Positions 63,741 through 64,000 of a stretch of 64,000 nucleotides of DNA are shown one piece after another; within the stretch, counting starts at the first letter, position 1; every line of letters begins with the position of its first letter. A program made the position numbers and the translations under genes. The stretch spans positions 147,932,001-147,996,000 of the forward strand of contig NC_091984.1 in assembly GCF_044704955.1 (NCBI RefSeq), given 5' to 3'. This DNA comes from Pristiophorus japonicus. Taxonomy: Eukaryota. The notes under the pieces were generated by a model. That model was not told where the DNA came from. It worked only from the letters and a program-made list of their open reading frames with translations, and searched no databases.

Positions 63741-64000
63741 GTAAGTAAACCCCAATGCTCCATTATTAACACTTTAAATACTGAATCTTTCTAAGACACA
63801 AATGCTGAATATGCGAAGGTGTTAGTTTACAAATGATTACACTCGATCCTCCCGTCTTTCCTCATCTAAATCTATCAGCATAACCCTCTATTCCCTTCTC
63901 CCTCATATCCCTGTCGAGCCTCCCCTTAAATACATCGATACCATTCACTTCAATCACTCCCTGTGGTAGCCAGTTCCACATTCTCACCACTCGCTGGGTA

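Overview
Eukaryotic genomic DNA, almost certainly from a cartilaginous fish (shark). It is an immunoglobulin light-chain multicluster locus of the kappa (type III, nurse-shark NS4-like) isotype. The window holds one unrearranged V-J-C cluster: V 81-382 with a 12-RSS, J 2027-2061 with a 23-RSS, and C 12864-13192; its leader is off-window. A second cluster starts about 62 kb later in the same orientation: promoter, leader 61821-61869, V 62050-62348, J 63706-63740. The 48 kb between them contains: (1) a direct duplicate of the J-C intron placed 3' of C; (2) an inverted ghost cluster (about 29.4-35.5 kb) whose upstream and intronic non-coding DNA survives but whose promoter, L, V, J and C are gone; (3) a full-length decayed endogenous retrovirus (39273-46932) with a tRNA-Ser PBS, a -1 frameshift signal plus predicted pseudoknot, class III-like RT and gamma-type env; (4) processed pseudogene fragments of MROH1-like and MLXIPL/ChREBP genes; and (5) dense CR1, L2, RTE and Tx1 LINEs, Deu-type SINEs, DNA-transposon relics and minisatellites. 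Most ORFs in the supplied track are retroelement debris or antisense noise. All family assignments are from motif recognition by eye, not database searches. Repeat boundaries are approximate.
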